A program made the translations under genes and the position numbers. Source: an uncultured Methylomirabilota bacterium (GTDB lineage: Bacteria; Methylomirabilota; Methylomirabilia; Methylomirabilales; 2-02-FULL-66-22). Taken from it: 64,000 bases of DNA. Of this stretch, positions 17,943-26,409 are shown piece after piece. The stretch is from NCBI GenBank assembly GCA_963845565.1, contig CAWJSJ010000002.1:608001-672000 (forward strand), given 5' to 3'. Each line of letters starts with the position of its first letter. Position 1 is the first letter of the stretch. Under the pieces are notes generated by a model, which searched no databases, had not been told where the DNA came from, and saw only the letters and a program-made list of their open reading frames with translations.

Positions 17943-18678
17943 GCGACTGAACTGTTTTTACGGCGAAGCGATCCACGCCCTGCGCGACGTGAGCTTTGGG
18001 GTCGAGGAGGGGACCATCGCTGCGATCATCGGGGCGAATGGCGCAGGGAAGTCCACCCTGATGTGGACGCTGGTCGGCCTGCTCCGGCCTGCCTCCGGGA
18101 CCATCACGTTCAATGGCCAACCAGTCAGGCCGGTTCCGCACCAGGCGGTGGCCTCGGGGATCGCGCTCGTCCCGGAGCGGCGACGCCTCTTTCCCAACCT
18201 CAGCGTGCGCGAGAACCTGACGCTGGGCGGTTACCGGCGCAGCGACCGGGCCGGAATCGCCAAGGACGAGGAGTACGTGTTTTCGCTCTTTCCCGTCTTG
18301 AAGGAGCGGCTGGCCCAGTATGCCGGAACACTCTCCGGAGGGCAGCAGCAGATGCTCGCGATCGCCCGGGCGCTGATGTCCCGCCCCAAGCTCTTGCTGC
18401 TCGACGAGCCGTCGCTCGGCCTGGCGCCGGTCCTGGTGCGTCAGGTGTTCGACACGATCCAGGAAATCTCGCGCCAGGGCATGACGATCTTGCTGGTCGA
18501 GCAGAACGCCCTCAAGGCCCTGGAGGTCTCGACCTGCGCGTATGTACTAGAGGTTGGGCGGATCGTCCTCCAGGGCTTGGGGCGAGATCTGCTACGGAAC
18601 CCGGCGGTCCAGGCGGCGTATCTCGGCGTCCGTCAGCAGACGGAGGTCATCTTGGAGGAGGAGTCCCGTGCTCACTGA
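17926..18678 (+). CDS. livF: Liv ABC ATPase
   Basis: GANGAGKST, LSGGQQQMLAIARALM, LDEPSLGLAP, VEQN. Confidence 0.92.
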   Translation: MLLSVERLNCFYGEAIHALRDVSFGVEEGTIAAIIGANGAGKSTLMWTLVGLLRPASGTITFNGQPVRPVPHQAVASGIALVPERRRLFPNLSVRENLTLGGYRRSDRAGIAKDEEYVFSLFPVLKERLAQYAGTLSGGQQQMLAIARALMSRPKLLLLDEPSLGLAPVLVRQVFDTIQEISRQGMTILLVEQNALKALEVSTCAYVLEVGRIVLQGLGRDLLRNPAVQAAYLGVRQQTEVILEEESRAH

Positions 18679-19645
18679 TCACTTGCCGCGCATTCCGCTT
18701 GGGTGTCTCCCCACCCCGCTGGAGGAGTTGCCGCGCCTGACCCGTGCGCTGGGAGGCCCCCGCCTTTTCATCAAGCGCGACGACCAGACCGGTCTCGCCA
18801 CCGGCGGCAACAAGACCCGCAAGCTCGAATTCGCGGTGGCGGACGCGCTGGATCAGGGCGCGGACACGCTGATCACGATGGGCGGGGTGCAATCCAATCA
18901 CACCCGCCAAACCGCCGCGGCCGCCGCGCGCTGTGGTCTGCGGTGCGTGGTGGTCCTGCGCGGCCACGCGCCGGCGGTCTGGAACGGGAACTTGCTGCTG
19001 GATCACCTGCTCGGCGCGCAGGTGGTGTTCTCGGGCGACCGCACGCGGGAAGCCGTGGCGGACGAGGTCGCGGCGCAGGCGCGCGCCGCCGGGAACCATC
19101 CGTACCTCATCCCGGTGGGCGCATCGAACGCGGTCGGCGCGGTGGGATTCGTGGCGGCGCTGGAGGAATTGGACGCCCAGGCGAAAGCACGCGCGCTCCG
19201 CGTGGACCGGGTGGTGTTCGCCAGCAGCTCCTTCGGGACGCAGGCCGGTCTGTGCGTCGGCGCCAAGGCGGTCGGGTTTCGCGGGCAACTGGCGGCCATC
19301 GCGATCGACAGCCGCCGGGACGAGCTGCAGGCCGGGGTGGCGGCCATCGCCACGGCCACCATCCGCCGATTAGGGTGGGAGATGGCCGTCGCGCCCGGTG
19401 AGGTGGTGGCGTACGACGACTACCTCGGGGCCGGATACGCCGTCATGGGCGAGCCGGAGCGGGAAGCCATTTCTCTGGTGGCGCGCTGCGAAGGGATCCT
19501 GCTGGACCCCGTGTACACGGGACGCGCCATGGCGGGACTGATCGACCTGATCCGGACCGGCGCGTTCGGCAAGGACGAGACGATCGTCTTCTGGCACACG
19601 GGCGGCGCGGCGGCGCTGTTCGCGTACGCCGAGGAATTGCGGTAG
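18668..19645 (+). CDS. PLP-dependent D-cysteine desulfhydrase family protein
   Basis: PTPLE, IKRDD..G.A.GGNKTRKLEF, GGVQSNH, LDPVYTGRAM, HTGG (not the ACC-deaminase YEG/HLGG type). Confidence 0.88.
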   Translation: MLTDHLPRIPLGCLPTPLEELPRLTRALGGPRLFIKRDDQTGLATGGNKTRKLEFAVADALDQGADTLITMGGVQSNHTRQTAAAAARCGLRCVVVLRGHAPAVWNGNLLLDHLLGAQVVFSGDRTREAVADEVAAQARAAGNHPYLIPVGASNAVGAVGFVAALEELDAQAKARALRVDRVVFASSSFGTQAGLCVGAKAVGFRGQLAAIAIDSRRDELQAGVAAIATATIRRLGWEMAVAPGEVVAYDDYLGAGYAVMGEPEREAISLVARCEGILLDPVYTGRAMAGLIDLIRTGAFGKDETIVFWHTGGAAALFAYAEELR

Positions 19646-19669
19646 CGAGCCCGCGTGAGGAGCCTGGTC

Positions 19670-20536
19670 ATGCCACCCGTCCCCTTCACCAAGATGTCCG
19701 GCGTGGGCAACGACTTCATCATCGTGGACAACCGCGCGGGGATCCTGAATACGATTGGCGTGCACCTGTTCGCCCGCCGGGTCTGCACGCGACGGATGTC
19801 CCTGGGCGCAGATCAACTGATGGTCATCGAGCCGCCGACGGCGGGCGGCGATTTCTCCATGCGCACCATCAACCCCGACGGCACCGAAGTCAAGATGTGC
19901 GGCAACGCGTCGCGCTGCGTGGCCCGCTATGCCCATGCGCGCGGCCTCGCCGGGACCAGGATGACCATCGACACGCCGGGCGGGCCGGTGTACGCCTGGG
20001 TGGCGGGTGATGAGGTCCGCGTCCAGCTCCAGCTGACCTCCCGGATCGAACGGGATCGCGCCCTGGTGGCGGACGGGGACCGGCACGTTGCCCACACCGT
20101 GGACGTCTCGGGCGCGCCGCATGCGGTGGTGTACCTGCCCGACGCGTCCACCGCATCGCGGGACGCCATCCATCGTTTGGGGGCGGCCATCCGCCACCAC
20201 GCCGATTTCCCGCAGGGCATCAACGTCAATTTTGTCCAACCGCTGGACCGGCACACGCTCTGGCAGCGGACGTTCGAGCGGGGCGTGGAGGGCGAAACGC
20301 TGGCCTGCGGCACCGGGGCGGTGGCTTCGAGCGTCATCAGCGCGCTGCACGGCCAGGTGGACTCCCCCGTCCGGGTACGCGTGCTGGGCGGCGACCTCCG
20401 CGTCTCCTTCGAGCGGCAGGGCGACGGGTTTGACGCCCTGTTCCTCGGCGGCGGCGCGCGGTTCGTGGTGGAGGGGGTGGTGCACCCCGAGGCGTGGGAA
20501 TGGGGCGAAACCGAGGCCGCGCCGGCGCATGCCTAG
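19670..20536 (+). CDS. dapF: Diaminopimelate epimerase family protein
   Basis: FTKMSGVGNDF, NPDGTEVKMCGNASRC, GAPHAV, FPQGINVNF, ERGVEGETLACGTG. Confidence 0.85.
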   Translation: MPPVPFTKMSGVGNDFIIVDNRAGILNTIGVHLFARRVCTRRMSLGADQLMVIEPPTAGGDFSMRTINPDGTEVKMCGNASRCVARYAHARGLAGTRMTIDTPGGPVYAWVAGDEVRVQLQLTSRIERDRALVADGDRHVAHTVDVSGAPHAVVYLPDASTASRDAIHRLGAAIRHHADFPQGINVNFVQPLDRHTLWQRTFERGVEGETLACGTGAVASSVISALHGQVDSPVRVRVLGGDLRVSFERQGDGFDALFLGGGARFVVEGVVHPEAWEWGETEAAPAHA

Positions 20537-20604
20537 CGGCACCACCCTGATGCGCGCTGCCGAATCCGCGGGCGCGCCGCCCCGAGGGGATAGCCGTGTC
20601 GAAA

Positions 20605-20645
20605 CCTGAGAGCCCGCCGGGCACACGGCCCGACGGGCTCTCAGG
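20605..20645. terminator. Hairpin between convergent genes (bidirectional terminator or REP-like)
   Basis: CCTGAGAGCCCGCCGGGC-acacg-GCCCGACGGGCTCTCAGG. Confidence 0.55.
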
Positions 20646-20672
20646 GTATCGGTGTCGCGAACGTGTTCCCGC

Positions 20673-21791
20673 CTACTCCCCTGCGCCCTCCGCCGCCAGG
20701 ACCACCCGGTTGCCCCCCTGCTGCTTGCCGCGGTAGAGCGCCCGGTCGGCGGCGTCCACCACCTCGAGCCCGCTGGCGGCATCCCCGGGGTAGGCGGCCA
20801 CCCCGCCGGTGATCGTCAGGCGGCCGCCGGGCTGCGCCTCGCGGCCCGGGAGGGGGTGCGCGGCCACCGCGGCGCGGATCTTCTCCGCCACCACGGCCCC
20901 GGCGGCCTTGAGGGTCTCGGGGAGGAGGACCACGAACTCCTCGCCGCCGAAGCGGGCCACCACGTCGGCCCGGCGGGTGCTGCCGAGCAGGAGGCGCCCC
21001 ACCGCCCGGAGCGCCTGGTCCCCGCCGAGGTGCCCCTGGGTGTCGTTGTAGTGCTTGAAGGCGTCCAGATCCAGCATCAGGATGGTGAAGCCCCGCCGGT
21101 ACCGGCGGGCGCGCTGGTCCTCGGCCTCCAGGGCCTCGAAGAAGGCGCGGCGGTTGGCGAGGCCGGTGAGCTCGTCCTTGGCGCTGAGCTCCTTGGTCCG
21201 CTGGTAGCGCTGGGCGTTCTCCAGGGCCACGGCCACCTGGGTGGCCACGGCTTGCCCCTGGGCCAGGTCCCGGGGGGTGAAGGGTGGGGGGGTGGCCCGG
21301 TGCGCCTGGAGGACCCCCAGGACCCGGCCGCCGGTGACCTTGAGGGGGACGTACAGGCCGGCCCCCGGCGTGGGGTCGTCGGCGGCGGTCAGCTGGGCCT
21401 CGCCGGTGGCGGCGACCACCCCGGCGATCCCCTCCCCCAGCCCGCAGGTGCGGTCCTGGAGGCGGGCGGCCCCCAGGCCGGCGGTCCCCTTGACGGTGAG
21501 CTGGCGGCTCACCTCGTCCAGGAGGAAGAGGGCGTAGGCGTCGGCGGGCAGGGCCCGGCCGAGCCAGTGGAGGGCGAGGGGGAGCAGCTCCTCCGGGTTC
21601 AGCGTGGCGGCCAGCGTCCGGCCGAGGGCCCAGACCGTGCGCAGCTCGGCGAGCTGGGTCTGCAGGGCCCGGTTGGCCGCCTCCAGGGCATGGCGCCGCT
21701 CGAGCAGCGTCTCGATCTTCTCCAGGGCGCGGATCTCCCGCGCCTGCTGGGTGCAGCGGGTGGCCAGGGTCTCGGGGTCCATGGGTGGCAT
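20673..21791 (-). CDS. GAF-GGDEF diguanylate cyclase
   Basis: Coiled coil, GAF, DELTGLANRR, DLDAFKHYND..GH..GD, I-site RRAD, ARFGGEEF. Confidence 0.92.
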   Translation of the reverse strand: MPPMDPETLATRCTQQAREIRALEKIETLLERRHALEAANRALQTQLAELRTVWALGRTLAATLNPEELLPLALHWLGRALPADAYALFLLDEVSRQLTVKGTAGLGAARLQDRTCGLGEGIAGVVAATGEAQLTAADDPTPGAGLYVPLKVTGGRVLGVLQAHRATPPPFTPRDLAQGQAVATQVAVALENAQRYQRTKELSAKDELTGLANRRAFFEALEAEDQRARRYRRGFTILMLDLDAFKHYNDTQGHLGGDQALRAVGRLLLGSTRRADVVARFGGEEFVVLLPETLKAAGAVVAEKIRAAVAAHPLPGREAQPGGRLTITGGVAAYPGDAASGLEVVDAADRALYRGKQQGGNRVVLAAEGAGE

Positions 21792-22049
21792 CCCATCCTC
21801 GCTGGGGGGCCCGGCCCCCCTCCCCAGGGGGCCCCCGGTGGATGCATGCATTTGCCGTTCCCGTCCCGGGGCCCGGGGCGGGACCGGGTCCCTCCGGTTT
21901 GGACCCGCGCGCGCCCTTCCACGGGGTTACGGCGGTCCCGGCCCGCGGCGCCGGGGTCCGGGGTGCGGCCGCCGGGGCCAGGAGTGTAAAGGGGGCCGAC
22001 AGGGGGCAGTCTGCACGCAGGCCTCAAAGTCCCGTCGGCCGCCCCCCCG

Positions 22050-22631
22050 TCACCGCTTGAGGAGATCCATCACGCCTCGCCGAATCAGGCTGACGCCGAA
22101 TGCCGCCAGCAACAAGTTGGCGACCTTGGCGATCACCTCCGACCCGGCCGCGCCGAATACCCGGCCCACCTTGTCCGCATGAGACAGGACACCAAACGCC
22201 AGCGCCATGTTTGCGCCCAGGGCGGCGAGGGTGACCGGATAGCCGTAGCTCTGCACCAATAGCGCCAGCGTGGCCAGCGCCGCCGGCCCGACGACGAGCG
22301 GGGTCCCGATCGGGACCGCCCCGATCGTCGGGATGCCCCCAGGGTTGCTCCTCCCCGATGACAAGAGGTCGTGGATGGAGAGCACCAAGAGAAGGATACC
22401 GCCGGCTGTCTGGAAATCCGCGGCACTGATCCCCAATACACGGAACACCGCATTTCCGATCAAGAGGAACCCCAAGCCGACGGCGGTGGCCGTGATCGCA
22501 GACTGTCGCGGCAGACGCCCTCGCTCCTCGGCAGAGAGACCGGCGGTCAGGCTGAGATAGAGCGGAATGACGCCCAGGACGTCCACCGCGACAAAGAGGG
22601 CCACGAAGGCCAGCGTGAAATCCCACATCAT
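22050..22631 (-). CDS. MarC family membrane protein
   Basis: FVALFVAVDVLG, FQTAGGILL, VPIGTPLVVGP. Confidence 0.88.
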   Translation of the reverse strand: MMWDFTLAFVALFVAVDVLGVIPLYLSLTAGLSAEERGRLPRQSAITATAVGLGFLLIGNAVFRVLGISAADFQTAGGILLLVLSIHDLLSSGRSNPGGIPTIGAVPIGTPLVVGPAALATLALLVQSYGYPVTLAALGANMALAFGVLSHADKVGRVFGAAGSEVIAKVANLLLAAFGVSLIRRGVMDLLKR

Positions 22632-22700
22632 CGTCCGACACCCCGCTAAACCAACCCCCCGCCTCCGGATGGATTCCCGGCGCGCAGGTCGCGCCGCGCC

Positions 22701-23027
22701 CTACTGCATGGGGGAATATGCCGTCGGCCGGAGGATCTGCGCCGTCAGCCGTCGCACCAGCGGCCCATTCTTTTCCGTCTCCGCGAACTTCGCCAGCCGC
22801 TCCTGGTCCGCCAGGAAGGCGCCCCACTTCTTCTCGCGGTCGGCGAGGCTCTCGTACGCCAGGACATAGATGAGCTGGTCTGATGCCCCACCCAGTTCGT
22901 TCGTCCAGAAGCCGACCACCTGGATGCTGTGTTTCTTGAAATAACCCAGCGTGATCTCGGCGAAGCGGCGATTGAGATCGGGAAGCCGGCCCGGCATGGC
23001 CGAGTACGTACGGAGTTCGTAGAGCAT
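22701..23027 (-). CDS. NIPSNAP family protein
   Basis: MLYELRTY...LIYVLAYESLADREKKW.AF..D...LRPTAYSP. Confidence 0.88.
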   Translation of the reverse strand: MLYELRTYSAMPGRLPDLNRRFAEITLGYFKKHSIQVVGFWTNELGGASDQLIYVLAYESLADREKKWGAFLADQERLAKFAETEKNGPLVRRLTAQILRPTAYSPMQ

Positions 23028-23169
23028 CGCGGAACCTCCTCTTGGTGATCTTCGAGTGGCGGAGACAACAGGGCGCGCCGCAGCCCGCCCTGGCGCGCAC
23101 CCCATATGCTATCACACGTTGCCGCCCATGGCGCGACCCAGCCTCGCGCACACAATCGGGATTCGAAAT

Positions 23170-24258
23170 TCAGGCCGACGCCGCGTGGTACTCGGCCAAG
23201 AGGGTGCGGACCAGCTCCGGGACCGACACGATCTCCGTCGCCCGATGGGCGTTGTCGCCGGCGAAGGCGAAGCCGTGGGCCATCTTGCCGCGCTGGGCAT
23301 TGATGAGGGCGAGTGCGATGCAGTAGGGGCTGTTGGTGTAATCGCACGTGATGATGCAGTGGTAGGGACAGGTGAAGGGCATCTTCTTCCCGGCGCGCAC
23401 GTCGTCGAGGAACTGGTTCCGGATGGCGCGGCCGGGCATGCCCACCGGGCTGGCGATGATCACGAGGTCCTCCGGCGTCGCGCGGAGGTAGGCCTCCTTG
23501 AAGCCGGGCGAGGCATCGCACTCGTGGGTTGTCACGAACCGCGTGGCCATCTGGACGCCGGCGGCGCCGAGCTGCAAGATCTTATAGATGTCCGCCCCGG
23601 TGTAGATCCCGCCACCGGCGATCACCGGGATCGGACGCCGCGCCTTGGCCTCGAAGGGCCGGATCTCCGCCAGGACATCCGCCAGGAGCAGTTCCAGCGC
23701 GTAGGCCGGATCGTCGATCTGCTCCGCCTTGAACCCCAGATGCCCGCCTGCCCGCGGCCCCTCGACGACGATGGCGTCCGGGGGATGGGCGTACCGGTCG
23801 GTCCACCGCCTGGCGATGATCCGGGCCGCCCGGCCGGAGGAGACGATCGGGACCAGCTTCGTCCGCCCGCCGCCCGGCAGATACTGGGGGAGATCCAAAG
23901 GCAGTCCGGCGCCCGAGAAGATGACATCGATCCCCTCGGCAATCGCCGTGGTCACGAGCTCCCCGAAGTTCGAGAGGGCCACCATGATATTGACCCCCAG
24001 GATGCCCTGAGGGCTCAGGGCCTTCGCCCGCCGGATCTCCTTGCGGAGCGCCCGGAGGTTGGCGGCCTCAAAATGCTGGAACAGGTCCGGCTCGATCATC
24101 CCGATCCCGGCCGTGGCGATGACCCCGATCCCGCCCGCGTTGGCCACCGCCGCGGCCAGCCCGGCCAAGGACACGCCGACCCCCATGCCGCCCTGGATGA
24201 TGGGCAGCGACGCGGTCAGGTCCCCGATGCACAGCGCCTGCGGGCGACGCTCGGTCAT
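23170..24258 (-). CDS. Nitronate monooxygenase/FabK-like flavoprotein
   Basis: PIIQGGMGVGVS, FSGAGLP, VEGPRAGGHLG, GVQMATRF, C-terminal Cys cluster. Confidence 0.88.
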   Translation of the reverse strand: MTERRPQALCIGDLTASLPIIQGGMGVGVSLAGLAAAVANAGGIGVIATAGIGMIEPDLFQHFEAANLRALRKEIRRAKALSPQGILGVNIMVALSNFGELVTTAIAEGIDVIFSGAGLPLDLPQYLPGGGRTKLVPIVSSGRAARIIARRWTDRYAHPPDAIVVEGPRAGGHLGFKAEQIDDPAYALELLLADVLAEIRPFEAKARRPIPVIAGGGIYTGADIYKILQLGAAGVQMATRFVTTHECDASPGFKEAYLRATPEDLVIIASPVGMPGRAIRNQFLDDVRAGKKMPFTCPYHCIITCDYTNSPYCIALALINAQRGKMAHGFAFAGDNAHRATEIVSVPELVRTLLAEYHAASA

Positions 24259-24310
24259 GCGTGGCGTCCTTTCTCGGTTGGGGCGGGCCGGGGTGTCTGA
24301 TCTCGGCACG

Positions 24311-24685
24311 CTACTCGTCGGCCCTGTCGGTCGGACCCGTGGCGGCGGCGCCACGTTTGTCGGCGCGCCGCGGTATCCTCGTGCGGGATGATCGGCCGCG
24401 AGACGACGAGGGGGCATCCGCTGCCGCGCCGCGCGCTCGCGCCAGCGTCTGCGCATGCCGTCGCGTGAAGGTCTCGATCGGCTCCGCGAACGGGAGGTCC
24501 ATCTGCTTTCCCCGGAACAGTCGACGCCACAGGAGGCGGCACGCCGCCTGATCCCGAGCCGTGAGCCGCGCCTGCCGCGCCAGAACCGCCTCCAGATACG
24601 AGGGGGCAACGCGCAGGTACGAGGCGAGTCGCGGCAGGCTGAATCCGGTCTTGGCCAGGAACTCGGTCAGATCGAAGCGCGGCAC
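24311..24685 (-). CDS. Hypothetical HTH-like protein
   Basis: GGGAG RBS then GTG; DLTEFLAKTGFSLPRLASYLRVAPSYL resembles an XRE/Cro HTH; start uncertain. Confidence 0.45.
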   Translation of the reverse strand: MPRFDLTEFLAKTGFSLPRLASYLRVAPSYLEAVLARQARLTARDQAACRLLWRRLFRGKQMDLPFAEPIETFTRRHAQTLARARGAAADAPSSSRGRSSRTRIPRRADKRGAAATGPTDRADE

Positions 24686-24812
24686 GCGCCACTCCCGCGA
24701 GACCTCTTCCGCTGCCGATGCGGCGCTGGCGCCCATGGCCGCAGGGGAACCGTAAACACCAACCCCCGGCGTTGCGCCGGGGGCGATCATCACCGACCTC
24801 GCGCGAGCCACA

Positions 24813-25010
24813 TCATGCCCGCTCGGTCGACTCCCCCTTCTTGGACAGGACCAGCACGGTCCGTTCCGGTTCCCGCGGGCTCCGCCGTTCCGTGACCTCG
24901 TACCCGTCCTCGCAACGCGGGCACCAGATCTCGACGACACCGGGCCGCAAGACGATGATTTCCCCACACGCGGGGCACCCGACCTCGGCCGTTTCCCACG
25001 GGCACTCCAT
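24813..25010 (-). CDS. Small zinc-ribbon protein
   Basis: CPACG...WCPRCE, with GAGGG RBS. Confidence 0.55.
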   Translation of the reverse strand: MECPWETAEVGCPACGEIIVLRPGVVEIWCPRCEDGYEVTERRSPREPERTVLVLSKKGESTERA

Positions 25011-25306
25011 CCGCGCCCTCCAGGCCGGTGCCTGACGTTCCGGCTGGACTCTAGTGTACCATGGTGTCCGGCAGCGTCGAGCGCTTTCTTTTCTTTGCGC
25101 CCCCGACGGGACATTGCGCCCGGACGCGCCCGCTCCCGCGCGCCGGAAGAGGCCTCGGGTCTTTCACCTTGACTTTGCCTTCCGAGCCGGGGTAGCGTCC
25201 CGGTCGGCCGCGCCATCCTCCGGCGACGCAACCGGAGGGCGAAGTGTGCCCTTCGTCAGGCGGAACGTGTCCGCCCCGAACGTCGTTTTCCCCTGGTGAC
25301 GAACCC

Positions 25307-25984
25307 ATGTGGACGAGCTACCTCTATTCGCTCATCGTCGCGGACGTGACGGATGGCTGTTACCGGACCGTCCTCGACTATGTCCGGCCAGGAAGTCGTG
25401 TGCTGGATGTGGGCATCGGCAATGGGGCGATGATCAAGCGCTATCACCAGGCGATCGCCGACCAACAGCTCCGCATCGTCGGCCTCGACATCAACCCTCG
25501 TTACCTCGCGCATTGCGACCAGCTCGTGGGCGCGTACGGACTGCGGGACCGCATTCAACTGCACGAGTTGCCGGTGGAGGACTACGCGCCGCCCACGCCG
25601 CCCCACTTTGACTACATCCTGTTCAGCATGAGCTTCATGCTGATGGGCGATCAGCCATCGGTGCTGGCGCGGGTCCTGCCCTGGCTGAACCCCCGCGGGG
25701 AGATCCTCTTCGTCCAGACGATGTTTCGGGAGCGGTCCCGCTGGTTGGAATTCGTCAAGCCGCGGCTGAAATACTTCACGACGATCGACTTCGGGCAGGT
25801 GACCTACGAAGAGCACTTCTTTTCCCTCCTCGACAAGATGGGGCTGGTCGTGACGGAGGATCGGGTCATCAAGAAGGAGTGTTTTCGGGGCGAGTACCGC
25901 ATGGTCGCTGCGCGAGCGGACAACGCGCCCGGGAGGTGCGAGCGGCAATGCCAGGGCGCGGCCCGACTTGACCCCTCCTCTTGA
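25307..25984 (+). CDS. Class I SAM-dependent methyltransferase
   Basis: VLDVGIGNG, GLDIN, FDYILFS. Confidence 0.85.
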   Translation: MWTSYLYSLIVADVTDGCYRTVLDYVRPGSRVLDVGIGNGAMIKRYHQAIADQQLRIVGLDINPRYLAHCDQLVGAYGLRDRIQLHELPVEDYAPPTPPHFDYILFSMSFMLMGDQPSVLARVLPWLNPRGEILFVQTMFRERSRWLEFVKPRLKYFTTIDFGQVTYEEHFFSLLDKMGLVVTEDRVIKKECFRGEYRMVAARADNAPGRCERQCQGAARLDPSS

Positions 25985-26028
25985 GTGCGGTACATTTTGC
26001 GGCATCGCTCGATCACCAGGAGTGACGC

Positions 26029-26409
26029 ATGACCACGGAACGCACGATTCGCATCACGGCGGGGAAGGTCGAGGCCACGGCGGTCCTGAACGACTCGCCG
26101 ACTGCCACGAAGATCTGGGAGGCCTTGCCCATCGAGGCTCGCGGCAACACCTGGGGAGACGAAATCTACTTCTCGATCCCGGTGGAGGCCCCCCAGGAGA
26201 AAAACGCCCGCGACCTGGTCGCCGTGGGCGAGTTGGGCTACTGGCCGCCGGGTACGGCCTTCTGCATCTTCTTCGGCCGCACGCCGGCCAGCACCGATGA
26301 CCGGCCCCGCGCCGCCAGTCCGGTGAACATCATCGGCACGGTGTCCGGGGACGCGACGGCCTTTCGGGCGGTCTCCTCTGGGGCGCGGGTGAGGCTGGAG
26401 CGGGCGTGA
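26029..26409 (+). CDS. Cyclophilin-like fold protein (TM1367/DUF369)
   Basis: TWGDEIYF, GELGYWPPG.AFCIFFG.TP, ASPVN. Confidence 0.85.
   Translation: MTTERTIRITAGKVEATAVLNDSPTATKIWEALPIEARGNTWGDEIYFSIPVEAPQEKNARDLVAVGELGYWPPGTAFCIFFGRTPASTDDRPRAASPVNIIGTVSGDATAFRAVSSGARVRLERA

Noticed and set aside
18668..19645. ACC deaminase (acdS)
   Set aside because: Has YTG and HTGG where ACC deaminases have the diagnostic Glu and Leu.
20673..22020. Extremely GC-rich GGDEF region as a horizontally acquired island
   Set aside because: No mobility genes or boundary repeats, and composition was not quantified.
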